Origin: Candidatus Latescibacterota bacterium
GTDB lineage: Bacteria > Latescibacterota > UBA2968 > GCA-2709665
Length of the DNA stretch: 64,000 nt
NCBI GenBank assembly: GCA_963667175.2
Contig: CAXXXF010000003.1
Span: forward strand, 513,952 to 577,951
Reading direction: 5' to 3'
Shown here: positions 7,984-17,765 of the stretch, piece by piece
Numbering within the stretch: the stretch's first letter is position 1
How the letters are laid out: every line of letters begins with the position of its first letter
Notes under the pieces: model-generated
Seen by the model: the letters and a program-made list of their open reading frames with translations, nothing else
Database searches by the model: none
Told to the model about the DNA's origin: nothing
Program-made: the position numbers and the translations under genes

Positions 7984-10158
7984 ATGAATCGATGGTTTGA
8001 ACCTCGCATTCTCACGGCCTTCCTCATCGGCGTCCTGCCGATGGGTTCGCCGACGTCCGCTGCCGCCTCGGATTGGACGCACTGGCGCGGACCGATGCAA
8101 TCCGGCGCTTCACCGGAGATGGGTCTGATTTCCAGATGGTCTCCCGAAGGTGAAAACCTGGTCTGGCGCGCGGCGTTCATCGGCCGGTCCACGCCGGTCA
8201 TTCTGAACGGGCGGGTCTATGTGATCGGACGTGCGGGGGACGGGGTCACCAGGCAGGAACACGTCGCCTGTTTCGACGCGGAGAACGGACGGCTGGTATG
8301 GGAGCGCAAGTTCAACGTGTGGCATTCCACCATCACGTTCAACCGTCTGGGCTGGGCGAATCCGGGCGCCGACGTGGAAACCGGAAACGTGTACGCGCAC
8401 CTGGTGAACGGTCTGCTGCTGTGTTTCGACCGCGACGGCCGGATTCTCTGGACCCGGTCGCTGACCGAGGAGTTCAACAGGTTTTCGGGCTACGGAGGCA
8501 GGCTGCATACGCCCGTCGTCGAAGGAGACCTGGTCGTGATCAGCATGGGCAACAGGGGCTGGGCGGATCGCCCGCCCTCCCACCGGTACATGGCGTTCGA
8601 CAAGCGGACCGGAGAGACCGTCTGGATGGCGCGGCCGGGTGGAGGCGGGCAGGCCGACCTGACCGTTTATTCCACCCCGGTGGCGGCGACCGTCGACGGC
8701 CGGCGGTTGCTGATCGCGGGCAACGGAAACGGTGGCATCTTCGCATTCAAGGCCGGGACAGGCGAGGTCGTGTGGGGCTTCCCGTTGAGCAGGCGGGGCA
8801 TCAACACCTCTCCGGTTGCGGCTGACAATCGCGTGTACGCGACCCACAGCGAAGAGAACTTGGACAATACCACGATGGGTCGGGTGGTATGCCTCGACGC
8901 GGGTACGGGCAAAGAGATCTGGCGCCAGGACGGAATCGCGGCAGGGTATGCTTCTCCGGCGCTTCACGCCGGGCGTCTGTACGTCATCGACAATTCGGCG
9001 AACGTGCACTGCCTGGACGCAAAGAGCGGGCAGAAGTACTGGGAGCACAATGTCGGCACGGTGGGCAAGGGCTCACCCACGTGGGCCGACGGGAAACTGT
9101 ACGTGACGGAGGTCAACGGCGGATTCCGCGTTCTCAGAGTGGACGACGAAGGCGCACAGGTCCTGGAGGAAGAACAGATCAGCATGCCGGGCGGGAGGCC
9201 CGCGGAAATCTACGGTTCGGTCGCCGTCGCGTACGGCCGGATTTACTTCGCAACCGAAGCCGGACTCTTCTGCCTGGGCGACCGGGACTCGCCCATCTCG
9301 CCCGCGACCACGCCCATTCCCGATCATCCGCGGGCGCCGTCGGACGCCGAACCCGCCTCGCTGCTGGTCTTCCCGGCCGAGAAAACGCTGACCTGGGACG
9401 AAGCGTTGCCATTGAGCGTCCGGGCGTACGACGAGCGGGGCCGGAAGATCGGCAAAGTCGATGCCGAATGGTCCCTGGAAGGACTGGACGGCCGCGTCGA
9501 CAACGGTCGGTTTACTCCGGCAGAACGCGGACAGGCAGGGTGGGTGGTCGCCAATTCAGGCGGGCTGACCGCGCGGGCATGGGTCCGCGTGGTTCCCAGT
9601 CCGCCCTGGACCGAAGACTTCGAGGGGATTCCGGCGGGCAGGAATCCGCGCCACTGGGTGTGGGGCGGGCGGGGGTTCCGGGTCGAGGAAAAGGATGGAA
9701 ACAACGTGCTGGTGAAGCCGCCCGCGGCGCGCGGACTGGACCGTTCCAATCTCTACATAGGTCCGCCCGGCATGAGGGGATATACTGTCCAGGCCGATCT
9801 GATGGGCGGCACGCGCCGGCGCTGGCGTCCGGATATGGGCCTTATCGCGCACCGATACATCCTGGATCTGCAAAGCGCCTATCAGCGCCTGGAAGTCCGC
9901 TCGTGGTCCTCGGATCTGAGGATGGTCCATCGCGTGCCCTTCGAATGGGCCCCCGACGTTTGGTATACGATGAAGTTGAGGGTGGATATCGAGGGCGATC
10001 GGGCCGTTGTCCGGGGAAAGGTCTGGAAGCGGGGCGACGCGGAACCCGGCGCCTGGACGATCGAGGCGGAGGATCCGCTTCCCATAAGGGAAGGCAGCCC
10101 CGGACTCTACGGCTACTCACCGGCGAACGTCTACTACGACAACGTAAGCGTATATTGA
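7984..10158 (+). CDS. Secreted PQQ-binding-like beta-propeller (BamB-like) protein with C-terminal lectin/DUF1080-like domain
   Basis: Signal peptide, WTHWRGP, repeated CxDAxTGxxxW blades. Confidence 0.8.
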   Translation: MNRWFEPRILTAFLIGVLPMGSPTSAAASDWTHWRGPMQSGASPEMGLISRWSPEGENLVWRAAFIGRSTPVILNGRVYVIGRAGDGVTRQEHVACFDAENGRLVWERKFNVWHSTITFNRLGWANPGADVETGNVYAHLVNGLLLCFDRDGRILWTRSLTEEFNRFSGYGGRLHTPVVEGDLVVISMGNRGWADRPPSHRYMAFDKRTGETVWMARPGGGGQADLTVYSTPVAATVDGRRLLIAGNGNGGIFAFKAGTGEVVWGFPLSRRGINTSPVAADNRVYATHSEENLDNTTMGRVVCLDAGTGKEIWRQDGIAAGYASPALHAGRLYVIDNSANVHCLDAKSGQKYWEHNVGTVGKGSPTWADGKLYVTEVNGGFRVLRVDDEGAQVLEEEQISMPGGRPAEIYGSVAVAYGRIYFATEAGLFCLGDRDSPISPATTPIPDHPRAPSDAEPASLLVFPAEKTLTWDEALPLSVRAYDERGRKIGKVDAEWSLEGLDGRVDNGRFTPAERGQAGWVVANSGGLTARAWVRVVPSPPWTEDFEGIPAGRNPRHWVWGGRGFRVEEKDGNNVLVKPPAARGLDRSNLYIGPPGMRGYTVQADLMGGTRRRWRPDMGLIAHRYILDLQSAYQRLEVRSWSSDLRMVHRVPFEWAPDVWYTMKLRVDIEGDRAVVRGKVWKRGDAEPGAWTIEAEDPLPIREGSPGLYGYSPANVYYDNVSVY

Positions 10159-10266
10159 CCGGCCTCGAGTCACTCATGCGCCGGAATTCGCTTGTGTGCA
10201 GGATGCCTGAGTAAGCATCGAAAAAGTGTGTATTGAAGTCATGAATTCATATAGAGAAAGGCACAC

Positions 10267-11694
10267 ATGAAATCGAAATGGATATTGAGCTGCATCGTGA
10301 TTCTCTTCCGGTCGGCGTCGGGCGCGGGCGCGGAGGAGACCTCGATGTGGGGATTCACGCCCTCGCGGAACCTCGTGTCGGACGAAAGGAACCTGCCGAT
10401 CGATTGGAATACGGCCACCGGCCAGAACATCAGGTGGAAGGCCGACCTCGGCTCCCAGTCCTATGCCGGACCGGTCATGCTGGGCGGCAAGGTGTTTATG
10501 GGGACGAACAACCACGCCGAACGGAATCCCGACGTCAAGGGCGACCGCGGCGTGGTGATGGCGTTCCGGGTATCGGACGGAGAATTCCTGTGGCAGTCCG
10601 CCCATCCGAAGCTGCCCGCGGGAAGGGTGAACGACTGGCCGCTGCAGGGGGTCTGCTCCACGCCGTACGTCCAGGGCGATCGTCTGTACTACGTTTCCAA
10701 CCAGGGGCGCGTGGTCTGCGCGGACACGGAGGGTTTCCTGGACTCGGAAAACGACGGGCCGTATCGGGACGAAGACGTCACCGCCGCCATCGGCGCGGAT
10801 ATCGTCTGGGAATACGATATGATGAGCGAGCTGGACGTGTTCCCGCACAATCTGGCCACCTGTTCGCCCGTGGGAGCGGACGGCATGCTGTTCATCATTA
10901 CCAGTAATGGCGTGGACGAAGGCCACGTGGCCATTCCGTCCCCGTTTGCGCCCAGCTTTATCGCCCTCAGTCTGAAGTCCGGTGAACTCGTCTGGGAGAC
11001 GGCCTATCCCGGCACGAATATCCTGCATGGGCAGTGGTCGAACCCTGCCTACGGCACGATTAACGGAAAACCCCAGGTCATCCTTCCGGGCGGGGACGGG
11101 TGGGTCTACGCCGTCGCGCCAAAAACGGGCGAACTGATCTGGAAGTTCGATTGCAATCCGAAGGATTCCGTGTGGGAGCTTGGCGGACGGGGCACCCGGA
11201 ACGCGATCATCGCCACGCCCGTGATCTACGACAACAAGGTCTTCATCGGTGTGGGACAGGATCCCGAACACGGCGAAGGGGTGGGCCATCTCTGGGCGAT
11301 CGACGCCACGGGAAAGGGCGACGTTACGGACACTCACGCGGTCTGGCATCTGGGAGGCAAGGATTTCAACCGGACGATGTCCACTGTCGCCATCCACGAC
11401 GGCCTGCTGTACGCGGCGGACCTGAGCGGATTCGTCTACTGTCTGGATCTGAAGAAGGGCAAGCCGCACTGGACCTACGATGCCTACGCCGCCATCTGGG
11501 GGTCGCCGTTCGTGGCCGACGGAAAGGTCTACATCGGCGACGAAGACGGTGACGTGATGATCTTCAAGGCATCGGCTAAGCTCGAGAAGATCAACGAAAT
11601 CAACATGGGCAGCGCGGTATATACAACGCCCATTGCGAAAGACGGGGTGCTGTACATCGGGACCCGCAATACGCTGTACGCAATCGGGAAATAG
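10267..11694 (+). CDS. Secreted PQQ-binding-like beta-propeller protein
   Basis: Signal peptide, MWGFTPSRN, repeated GExxW blades, SPxxxDGKVY. Confidence 0.8.
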   Translation: MKSKWILSCIVILFRSASGAGAEETSMWGFTPSRNLVSDERNLPIDWNTATGQNIRWKADLGSQSYAGPVMLGGKVFMGTNNHAERNPDVKGDRGVVMAFRVSDGEFLWQSAHPKLPAGRVNDWPLQGVCSTPYVQGDRLYYVSNQGRVVCADTEGFLDSENDGPYRDEDVTAAIGADIVWEYDMMSELDVFPHNLATCSPVGADGMLFIITSNGVDEGHVAIPSPFAPSFIALSLKSGELVWETAYPGTNILHGQWSNPAYGTINGKPQVILPGGDGWVYAVAPKTGELIWKFDCNPKDSVWELGGRGTRNAIIATPVIYDNKVFIGVGQDPEHGEGVGHLWAIDATGKGDVTDTHAVWHLGGKDFNRTMSTVAIHDGLLYAADLSGFVYCLDLKKGKPHWTYDAYAAIWGSPFVADGKVYIGDEDGDVMIFKASAKLEKINEINMGSAVYTTPIAKDGVLYIGTRNTLYAIGK

Positions 11695-11787
11695 GACGCG
11701 ACGGACAGCGGAACACGGCCGGCCGATCGGGGATGTCGTTGTCCTGCAGCCGAATTCGATCAACCCACTTCCGGGACAGGACACAGG

Positions 11788-12522
11788 ATGCCGCTGGAAA
11801 ACAAGGTGATTCTTGTAACCGGGGGGGCCTCGGGTATCGGACGAGCCGCGTCGATGTGTTGCGCGCGGGCCGGCGCCCGCGTGGCGGTGACGGACTGCGA
11901 TCGGGACGGCGTTGCGGCAACCGTTCGCGAAATCGAAGGTTCCGGCGGCGAAGCCCGGGGTTTCCGGGTCGACGTTCGCGACGAAGCCGGCGTCCGGACG
12001 ATGGTGAAGGACGTGGTCCGGGCGTTCGGTCGGATCGACGGTCTGATTCATTCCGCGGGGATCCTGGACGGCGCGCTGGTGCCCGTCGATCTGTTCGAAG
12101 CGGACACGTGGGACCGGGTGGTCGACGTCAACCTGAAGGGCAGTTTTCTGCTGTGCAAACACGTGGCCCCGGTCATCGAGCGGTCCGGCGGCGGCGTGCT
12201 CGTGCTGGTATCTTCCGGCGCCGGGGTGCGGGGAGGCAGTTCGTCGGCGGCATACGGATCGAGCAAAGGCGGCGTGCACGGGCTCTCTCTGGTGCTCGCG
12301 CCGCAACTGGGGCCCAGGGGAATCCGGGTACACGCGCTGTGTCCCGGGAGCCTCGACACGCCGTTGAAGATCGTCGCGCTGAGGAAACAGGCTGAAGCGG
12401 AGGGGCGATCGCTGGAGGCGTTGAGATCGGGACTGGGCGATCCCGAAGGCGTGGGCAAGGTGCTGGCGTTTCTGGTTTCGGACGATGCGGACTACGTGAG
12501 GGGGACGGTCCATACGAGGTGA
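11788..12522 (+). CDS. SDR family oxidoreductase
   Basis: TGGASGIG, VNLKG, YGSSK. Confidence 0.9.
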   Translation: MPLENKVILVTGGASGIGRAASMCCARAGARVAVTDCDRDGVAATVREIEGSGGEARGFRVDVRDEAGVRTMVKDVVRAFGRIDGLIHSAGILDGALVPVDLFEADTWDRVVDVNLKGSFLLCKHVAPVIERSGGGVLVLVSSGAGVRGGSSSAAYGSSKGGVHGLSLVLAPQLGPRGIRVHALCPGSLDTPLKIVALRKQAEAEGRSLEALRSGLGDPEGVGKVLAFLVSDDADYVRGTVHTR

Positions 12523-12606
12523 GGCGGATCGGACGTCCGGTTCGGCTGCCCGGTCGTCGGGACCGGCCGCGTGCGAACGGGCTGATAGGGGAAAGGGAGG
12601 TAGAGA

Positions 12607-12792
12607 ATGCAGCGCACGATGAAAATCGCGCTGATCGGCGCGGGGATGTTCGGCGGCGACGTACACGCCAGGGCGTTCGCCGATTTGCAGCGGATGGGAA
12701 TCAGTGGAAATCTGGGGCGGGTCGGGCTGGACCGGTGGGCGCGTGACCTGGCGGACGTGCGGTTCGATCTGGTGGCCGTGGCCACGCGGTCC
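12607..12792 (+). CDS. Gfo/Idh/MocA oxidoreductase, N-terminal fragment cut at the apparent junction
   Basis: KIALIGAGMFG Rossmann start and LVAVATRS; the sequence then changes family abruptly. Confidence 0.6.
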
Positions 12793-13422
12793 ATCATGGA
12801 CTACGAGACGGCGGAGAACATGATCCGCGCCGCCGAGCTCTCCGGCACCACGCCCATCGTCCGCATCGGCATGAACGACCAGCAACACATCCAACGCTAC
12901 CTCGAAGGCGGCGCGCAAGGCGTGATGATCCCGCTAATCAACGATGGAGAGCAAGGTCGTCGCGTCGTAGATTCCGTCAAGTATCCGCCCGTCGGCAAAC
13001 GCGGCGGTTTCTCCGGGCGCAGCGCGATGTTCGGCATCCAAGACCAGGCCGAATACGTCAAGCAGGCGAACGAAGAGACCTTTGTGTGCCTGCAGATCGA
13101 GACGCCCGAAAGCGTCGAAAACGCCGACGAGATAATCGCCGTAGAAGGCGCCGACTGCATCTTCATGGGTCCCGGCGACCTTTCGCTCAACATGGGCTAC
13201 CCCGGGCAGATTTCGCATCCCGAAGTCGTATCTGCAATCGAAACCCTCGTCAAGAAAACGCACGACGCCGGCAAAATATCCGGCACCTTGGGCGTCACCG
13301 TCGAACAGGCGCAGTTCTGGCACGAACGCGGCGTCCAATGGATCGTCAGCGGCGCATCCCGCTTCCTGCTAGCCGAAGCCCGCGCCTATCTGGACGAGAC
13401 ACGCAGCTCGGGGATCGGATAA
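12790..13422 (+). CDS. HpcH/HpaI aldolase family, N-terminally truncated
   Basis: GAQGVMIP, KYPPVGKRG, LQIET, FMGPGDLS; begins just after where the conserved DxEH motif would lie. Confidence 0.8.
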   Translation, partial: SIMDYETAENMIRAAELSGTTPIVRIGMNDQQHIQRYLEGGAQGVMIPLINDGEQGRRVVDSVKYPPVGKRGGFSGRSAMFGIQDQAEYVKQANEETFVCLQIETPESVENADEIIAVEGADCIFMGPGDLSLNMGYPGQISHPEVVSAIETLVKKTHDAGKISGTLGVTVEQAQFWHERGVQWIVSGASRFLLAEARAYLDETRSSGIG

Positions 13423-13505
13423 AATCGCAAACAACGCATTCGAATTCACAAGTCTCGTCTTGATCGTATTCGTTTGAGTTAGCATAGATGTCACGGAGGT
13501 CAACC

Positions 13506-13703
13506 ATGCAGACTAAGGACCTAGAGAAAGACGCCCTGACCGAATCATTCGTCGAGAACGAAGCTGGTGTCGCCGACATGATCGAGCTGTACGAGCGCAT
13601 CGAGAGTGTCTATGTCAAAGCCTCTGAAGCAGTTTACGATGCGCCGGTTACGTACACCTCAGACTCGACTAACATAACCTCGCCACATGCCCACTTGGGG
13701 TGA
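13506..13703 (+). CDS. Small acidic hypothetical protein (65 aa)
   Basis: GGAGG Shine-Dalgarno at 13495-13499; overlaps the downstream protease start by 17 nt. Confidence 0.6.
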   Translation: MQTKDLEKDALTESFVENEAGVADMIELYERIESVYVKASEAVYDAPVTYTSDSTNITSPHAHLG

Positions 13704-14721
13704 AATTCTCACCGAACTGAGTCAAACTAACCCTCCCGATTTCGACGGGGTTCGTCGCAAATACCTCCGACAACTCCACGCGGTGACCGGCAGGGCTGTG
13801 ATTCTTTACGCCTCTGCTTGGTTCGAGTCGCGTCCGATCCCGCCAGCGGATTTGCAGGTATCCAATACCGATGTAGGCGGCTTTATGGAAGCGGTTTCCA
13901 ACATACACGAAGATGAGCTCGACTTAATCGTGCACAGTCCTGGCGGATCGGCAGAAGCTGCCGAATCGATCGTCGAATATTTGAGGTGCCGCTTCAAGAA
14001 AATCAGGGTGATCGTTCCCGTTTCCGCGATGTCGGCCGCGACCATGATCGCTCTTTCTGCGGACGAAATAGTAATGGGCCAACATTCCCAACTCGGTCCG
14101 ATTGATCCCCAGTTCATTATCTCGACCCCTGAAGGACCCAGAACGGCACCTGCAAAGGCGATTTTGAACCAATTCGAACTTGCCAAAAAGGAATGTCGGT
14201 CTCCCGAAAATCTTGCTGCGTGGATGCCGATACTGCGGACATACGCTCCGGGCTTGCTTACCCAGTGTGAGGATTCGACAAGGCTGGCGTCAGATATGGT
14301 CGCCGGTTGGTTGAAAAGGTACATGCACAAGAAAAACGAAGCAAAGGCGGCGAAAATCGCCAAATGGTTCGCGGACTATGAATCGTTCCGTTCGCACGGG
14401 CGCCGGGTAGGAAGAGATCAAGCTCGCGATGTTGGCGTCACAATCGCGGACTTGGAGGGCGACCATAAGATCCAAGATGCGGTTTTGTCGGTGCACCACG
14501 CCACGATGCACACCTTCGCATCGACAGCTGCCGCCAAAATCATCGAAAACCACCACGGCAGGGCTTGGGTTCGCCATAATTCCGCAGGCATGCCTGTGCC
14601 CGTACCCATACCAGTACCAGCCATTCCTGTCGAACCGACTGAAACGCAGGAGCAGGGCGTTCGCCGATTGCCACGATCTGAGCGACGCCGTCTCGAGCGA
14701 GAACAGCGGAAAAGGAAGTGA
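13687..14721 (+). CDS. ClpP-fold serine protease (SDH_sah/S49-like)
   Basis: HSPGG, AMSAATMIAL (catalytic Ser), SQLGPIDPQ, SHG. Confidence 0.85.
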   Translation: MPTWGEILTELSQTNPPDFDGVRRKYLRQLHAVTGRAVILYASAWFESRPIPPADLQVSNTDVGGFMEAVSNIHEDELDLIVHSPGGSAEAAESIVEYLRCRFKKIRVIVPVSAMSAATMIALSADEIVMGQHSQLGPIDPQFIISTPEGPRTAPAKAILNQFELAKKECRSPENLAAWMPILRTYAPGLLTQCEDSTRLASDMVAGWLKRYMHKKNEAKAAKIAKWFADYESFRSHGRRVGRDQARDVGVTIADLEGDHKIQDAVLSVHHATMHTFASTAAAKIIENHHGRAWVRHNSAGMPVPVPIPVPAIPVEPTETQEQGVRRLPRSERRRLEREQRKRK

Positions 14722-14808
14722 CCCAGAGAACCGCTCGTAGTTTCCAGTTGTTGTCGCACGCTAGTTTGACGGATGCCGCGCCCACCGAACGCCCCTGAAG
14801 ACCGCCGC

Positions 14809-15753
14809 ATGAACCGGCGACAGACCAATCCTTTGCCCCAACCGGATCACGCCGTTGTAACTGGTGCCTTTAGCTACACCGGCGGTTACATCGCGGAGCG
14901 ATTGCTTCGTTCGGGCGTCGAAGTCACGACGCTGACTCGCCATCCTGATCTGCAAAACCGATTTCGCGGTGAGGTCGGCGTCGCGCCGCTGAATTTTTCG
15001 GACCGAGGTCGGCTGACCGAATCGATGCGCGGAGCGGATGTTCTGTTCAATACTTACTGGATACGGTTTGAACGAGGGGAAACCACCTTTGATGGCGCCG
15101 TGGAGAACTCCAAGACGCTATTCGAAGCCGCAATCGACGCGGGGGTCTCCAAGATTGTCCACATATCGGTCTCGAACCCGTCACCCGATTCTCGACTGCC
15201 TTATTTTTCCGGCAAATGGCGAGTAGAAGAAGCGCTGAAAGGTTACGGGATTCCCTACGCCATCATCCGCCCTACTCTAGTCTTCGGCAAAGATGACCTC
15301 CTCCTCAACAACATCGCATGGGCTCTCAGACGCTTCCCGTTCTTCCCGATATACGGCGACGGCAACTACAAAGTGCAACCGATCTTCGCTGAAGACCTCG
15401 GCGAACTGGCGGTCCAAGCGGCGAACGCGGTCGAAAACTTCACCGCCGACGCCGCGGGTCCGGACACTCTGTCCTTTGATGCACTGCTCCGCCTGATGAC
15501 ATCGAAAATGCGCGTGTCCTGCGGTATATTGCGCACACCGCCGAGCATCGGACTCGCACTGACCAGCGTGATCGGACTATTGATGCGCGACGTAATCCTC
15601 ACCCGCGATGAAGTCGATGGGCTGATGTCCGACTTGCTCGTATCCGATGCGCCACCCACCGGCACAACCCGTTTCGCCGACTGGTTAACCCGAAATGCAG
15701 ACGATCTGGGTCGCAACTACCAATCCGAACTCGCTCGCAACTTTCGGCTTTAA
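14809..15753 (+). CDS. NAD(P)-binding epimerase / atypical SDR
   Basis: VTGAFSYTG, YFSGK, IRPTLVFG. Confidence 0.8.
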   Translation: MNRRQTNPLPQPDHAVVTGAFSYTGGYIAERLLRSGVEVTTLTRHPDLQNRFRGEVGVAPLNFSDRGRLTESMRGADVLFNTYWIRFERGETTFDGAVENSKTLFEAAIDAGVSKIVHISVSNPSPDSRLPYFSGKWRVEEALKGYGIPYAIIRPTLVFGKDDLLLNNIAWALRRFPFFPIYGDGNYKVQPIFAEDLGELAVQAANAVENFTADAAGPDTLSFDALLRLMTSKMRVSCGILRTPPSIGLALTSVIGLLMRDVILTRDEVDGLMSDLLVSDAPPTGTTRFADWLTRNADDLGRNYQSELARNFRL

Positions 15754-15773
15754 CATTTTGGGGCAGCCAGCGA

Positions 15774-16655
15774 TCAACCACCGACCTCAATCACAAGTCT
15801 GCAATGGTCGCTCGTTCCCCACTCTGAGACACAACTGAGTGCGCGCGTGGAAATGCTCTCATGTAAACCCCGAGACGCGAAAACGTGATCCAGTTGCAGC
15901 TGTGCAGTGGTGGGCGACATTGAGTTGGACTTAAACGTCGGCACGTTCTTCGTGTCTTCTGGCAGATGTTCCGGCCGTGGGTCCGCCATTCGCCCGTTTG
16001 GGTACTGAGGACCCAGCCACTCAAACCCCATCACGCTAAATCTATCCCAGACTAGCTGTGCCCTTTTTCCGGTCCAACTGACTTTGTCATCTCGCCATCC
16101 TTAATCGAGATTGATATCGCCGGCTGCCAACACTCGGTGCGTGAACGGATCCTCGCGGCCGACAAAAAGCGATAATAGATCGGAGATGATTCGATGCACC
16201 GACGTGTCTGGCATTCCCGTCCACCGTTTCCTTCCTGGTGGCGGATGCGACCCCATCCAACGTCCGTACATCGAGACCACAGTGAACGGATCTATGTCTT
16301 TGTCTTTCGGTTTCACTTTCGCAGCGGCGATCGTGCCGATCCCGCTGACAGGTATGGTGCCGTCGGGCGGGTCGGCAACCGTTGGAAACTGCGTCAACCA
16401 CTCAACGTCGACTCGATCGGACAGCTTGACGACGCGGCACCACCGGTCATAGAGATTCGACCAGTAGCGCCGGTGAGAACTCGAATATACCGCGTGCGAA
16501 TCGTAGTGACCCCACGGACCGTACTCCACCGAATCCTTGAGATCCCACGGAGGGTCGACCGATTCTTGCAACAACGCGACATCCGCATCCATCTCCAACA
16601 GATCCCGCCACGGCTGCCTCCGTTTAGCAATGTTCCAACTCACGATCTTGATCAT
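15774..16655 (-). pseudogene. Endonuclease/exonuclease/phosphatase family gene with one in-frame TAA at 16101-16103
   Basis: IVSWNI, DVALLQE, AGDIN before the stop; QLDHVFAS and SDH after it in the same frame. Confidence 0.75.
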
Positions 16656-16807
16656 CCTGCACTCCTTTAGCATCAATCCGCGTTTGACATCTCGGCCTAA
16701 ATCGATATCCGAGCCGATTCCCAAACATCTGCATTGAATCCGAATGTTGCGGTCATCTCTCACTCCCTACTTGACGACTCAGTTTCTTGTCCGAGACGAT
16801 CAAACAC

Positions 16808-17359
16808 CTACGTTGCAGTGCTATCACCAAATATTCTCCGCATCTCCATCCCTTCGCGCCAATCGCTCACGATCCGATCATCATGCTCAAACGCCAACTT
16901 CGGCATCGCATCCAACTCGAAAATCCGCGCTTCCGCCGTCTCATCTCCAGCCACCAACTGACCTGAAACCACATCCGCGTGATACACGACCAGTACCACT
17001 GCCTGACCCTCTTCGCTGTAAACACCGACAAGCTGTTTTACGGTCACCACCAGACCGCACTCTTCGAAAACCTCGCGCTCCAGCGCGCGCTCGAGCTTTT
17101 CGCCCCTATCCACGTACCCAGACGGGAAACTCCACTCGCCGATCTGCGGTTCTATCGCACGTTTCAGCAACACAATCCCATCGCCCATCGGGATGATCGC
17201 CGCCACCGCGACTTTCGGATCCGAGTAGATGATCCGATCACACTGCACGCACCGATGATGTCCACCGGCGACCGGTGTCAACGCGGGCAGTTCCGGATGA
17301 TGGCCGGTCGTGTCGATCCCTTCCATCGCGATCCACATATCTGGATTGCTGAATGTCAA
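16808..17359 (-). CDS. NUDIX hydrolase with N-terminal zinc ribbon remnant (start uncertain)
   Basis: GYVDRGEKLERALEREVFEECG Nudix box; CVQC; LAFEH. Confidence 0.85.
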   Translation of the reverse strand: MTFSNPDMWIAMEGIDTTGHHPELPALTPVAGGHHRCVQCDRIIYSDPKVAVAAIIPMGDGIVLLKRAIEPQIGEWSFPSGYVDRGEKLERALEREVFEECGLVVTVKQLVGVYSEEGQAVVLVVYHADVVSGQLVAGDETAEARIFELDAMPKLAFEHDDRIVSDWREGMEMRRIFGDSTAT

Positions 17360-17375
17360 TTGCCGGCTGTGGTAT

Positions 17376-17765
17376 TCACTGTTCGACCACCAGTTTTCCG
17401 CTGAGGCTCAACCGGTAGATGCGACTTGGTTCGGCGTTGGTTTGTTCAGCGATTTCCGGCCAGGCCTTGATCAATTTCCAAGCGACATCCCAGTACGGCA
17501 TACTATTCCACGCTCGGTTCAGGATCACCCAGGTCAGATTTGGTTGGCTGAGAATATCCGCCTCACTCCGCATCTTATCGCGAGTGAGAATCGACCAATT
17601 TTCGTTACTCTGCGCCAACCGACTGATCCACTGACGATCACTGTAACCTGACCACTTGCTGTCTCGCACGCTTACCACCTGACTCCCTGGATTGTCACGA
17701 GCGTGCAGGGCACTGATCGCGACTGCCAACCGATGCGGTAGATTCTCGTCCAATAGGTAGTTCAT
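17376..17765 (-). CDS. PIN-like toxin (VapC45/DUF5615 type)
   Basis: YLLDENL, D.QWI, ILTRD; translationally coupled to the upstream gene. Confidence 0.75.
   Translation of the reverse strand: MNYLLDENLPHRLAVAISALHARDNPGSQVVSVRDSKWSGYSDRQWISRLAQSNENWSILTRDKMRSEADILSQPNLTWVILNRAWNSMPYWDVAWKLIKAWPEIAEQTNAEPSRIYRLSLSGKLVVEQ

Noticed and set aside
10174-12918. Long antisense ORFs (914 aa here, also 3690-5828)
   Set aside because: Shadows of real genes on the opposite strand in GC-rich DNA; no motifs
12607-13422. Novel Rossmann-aldolase fusion enzyme
   Set aside because: Both halves are truncated and the sequence character changes at the joint; a contig junction explains it better
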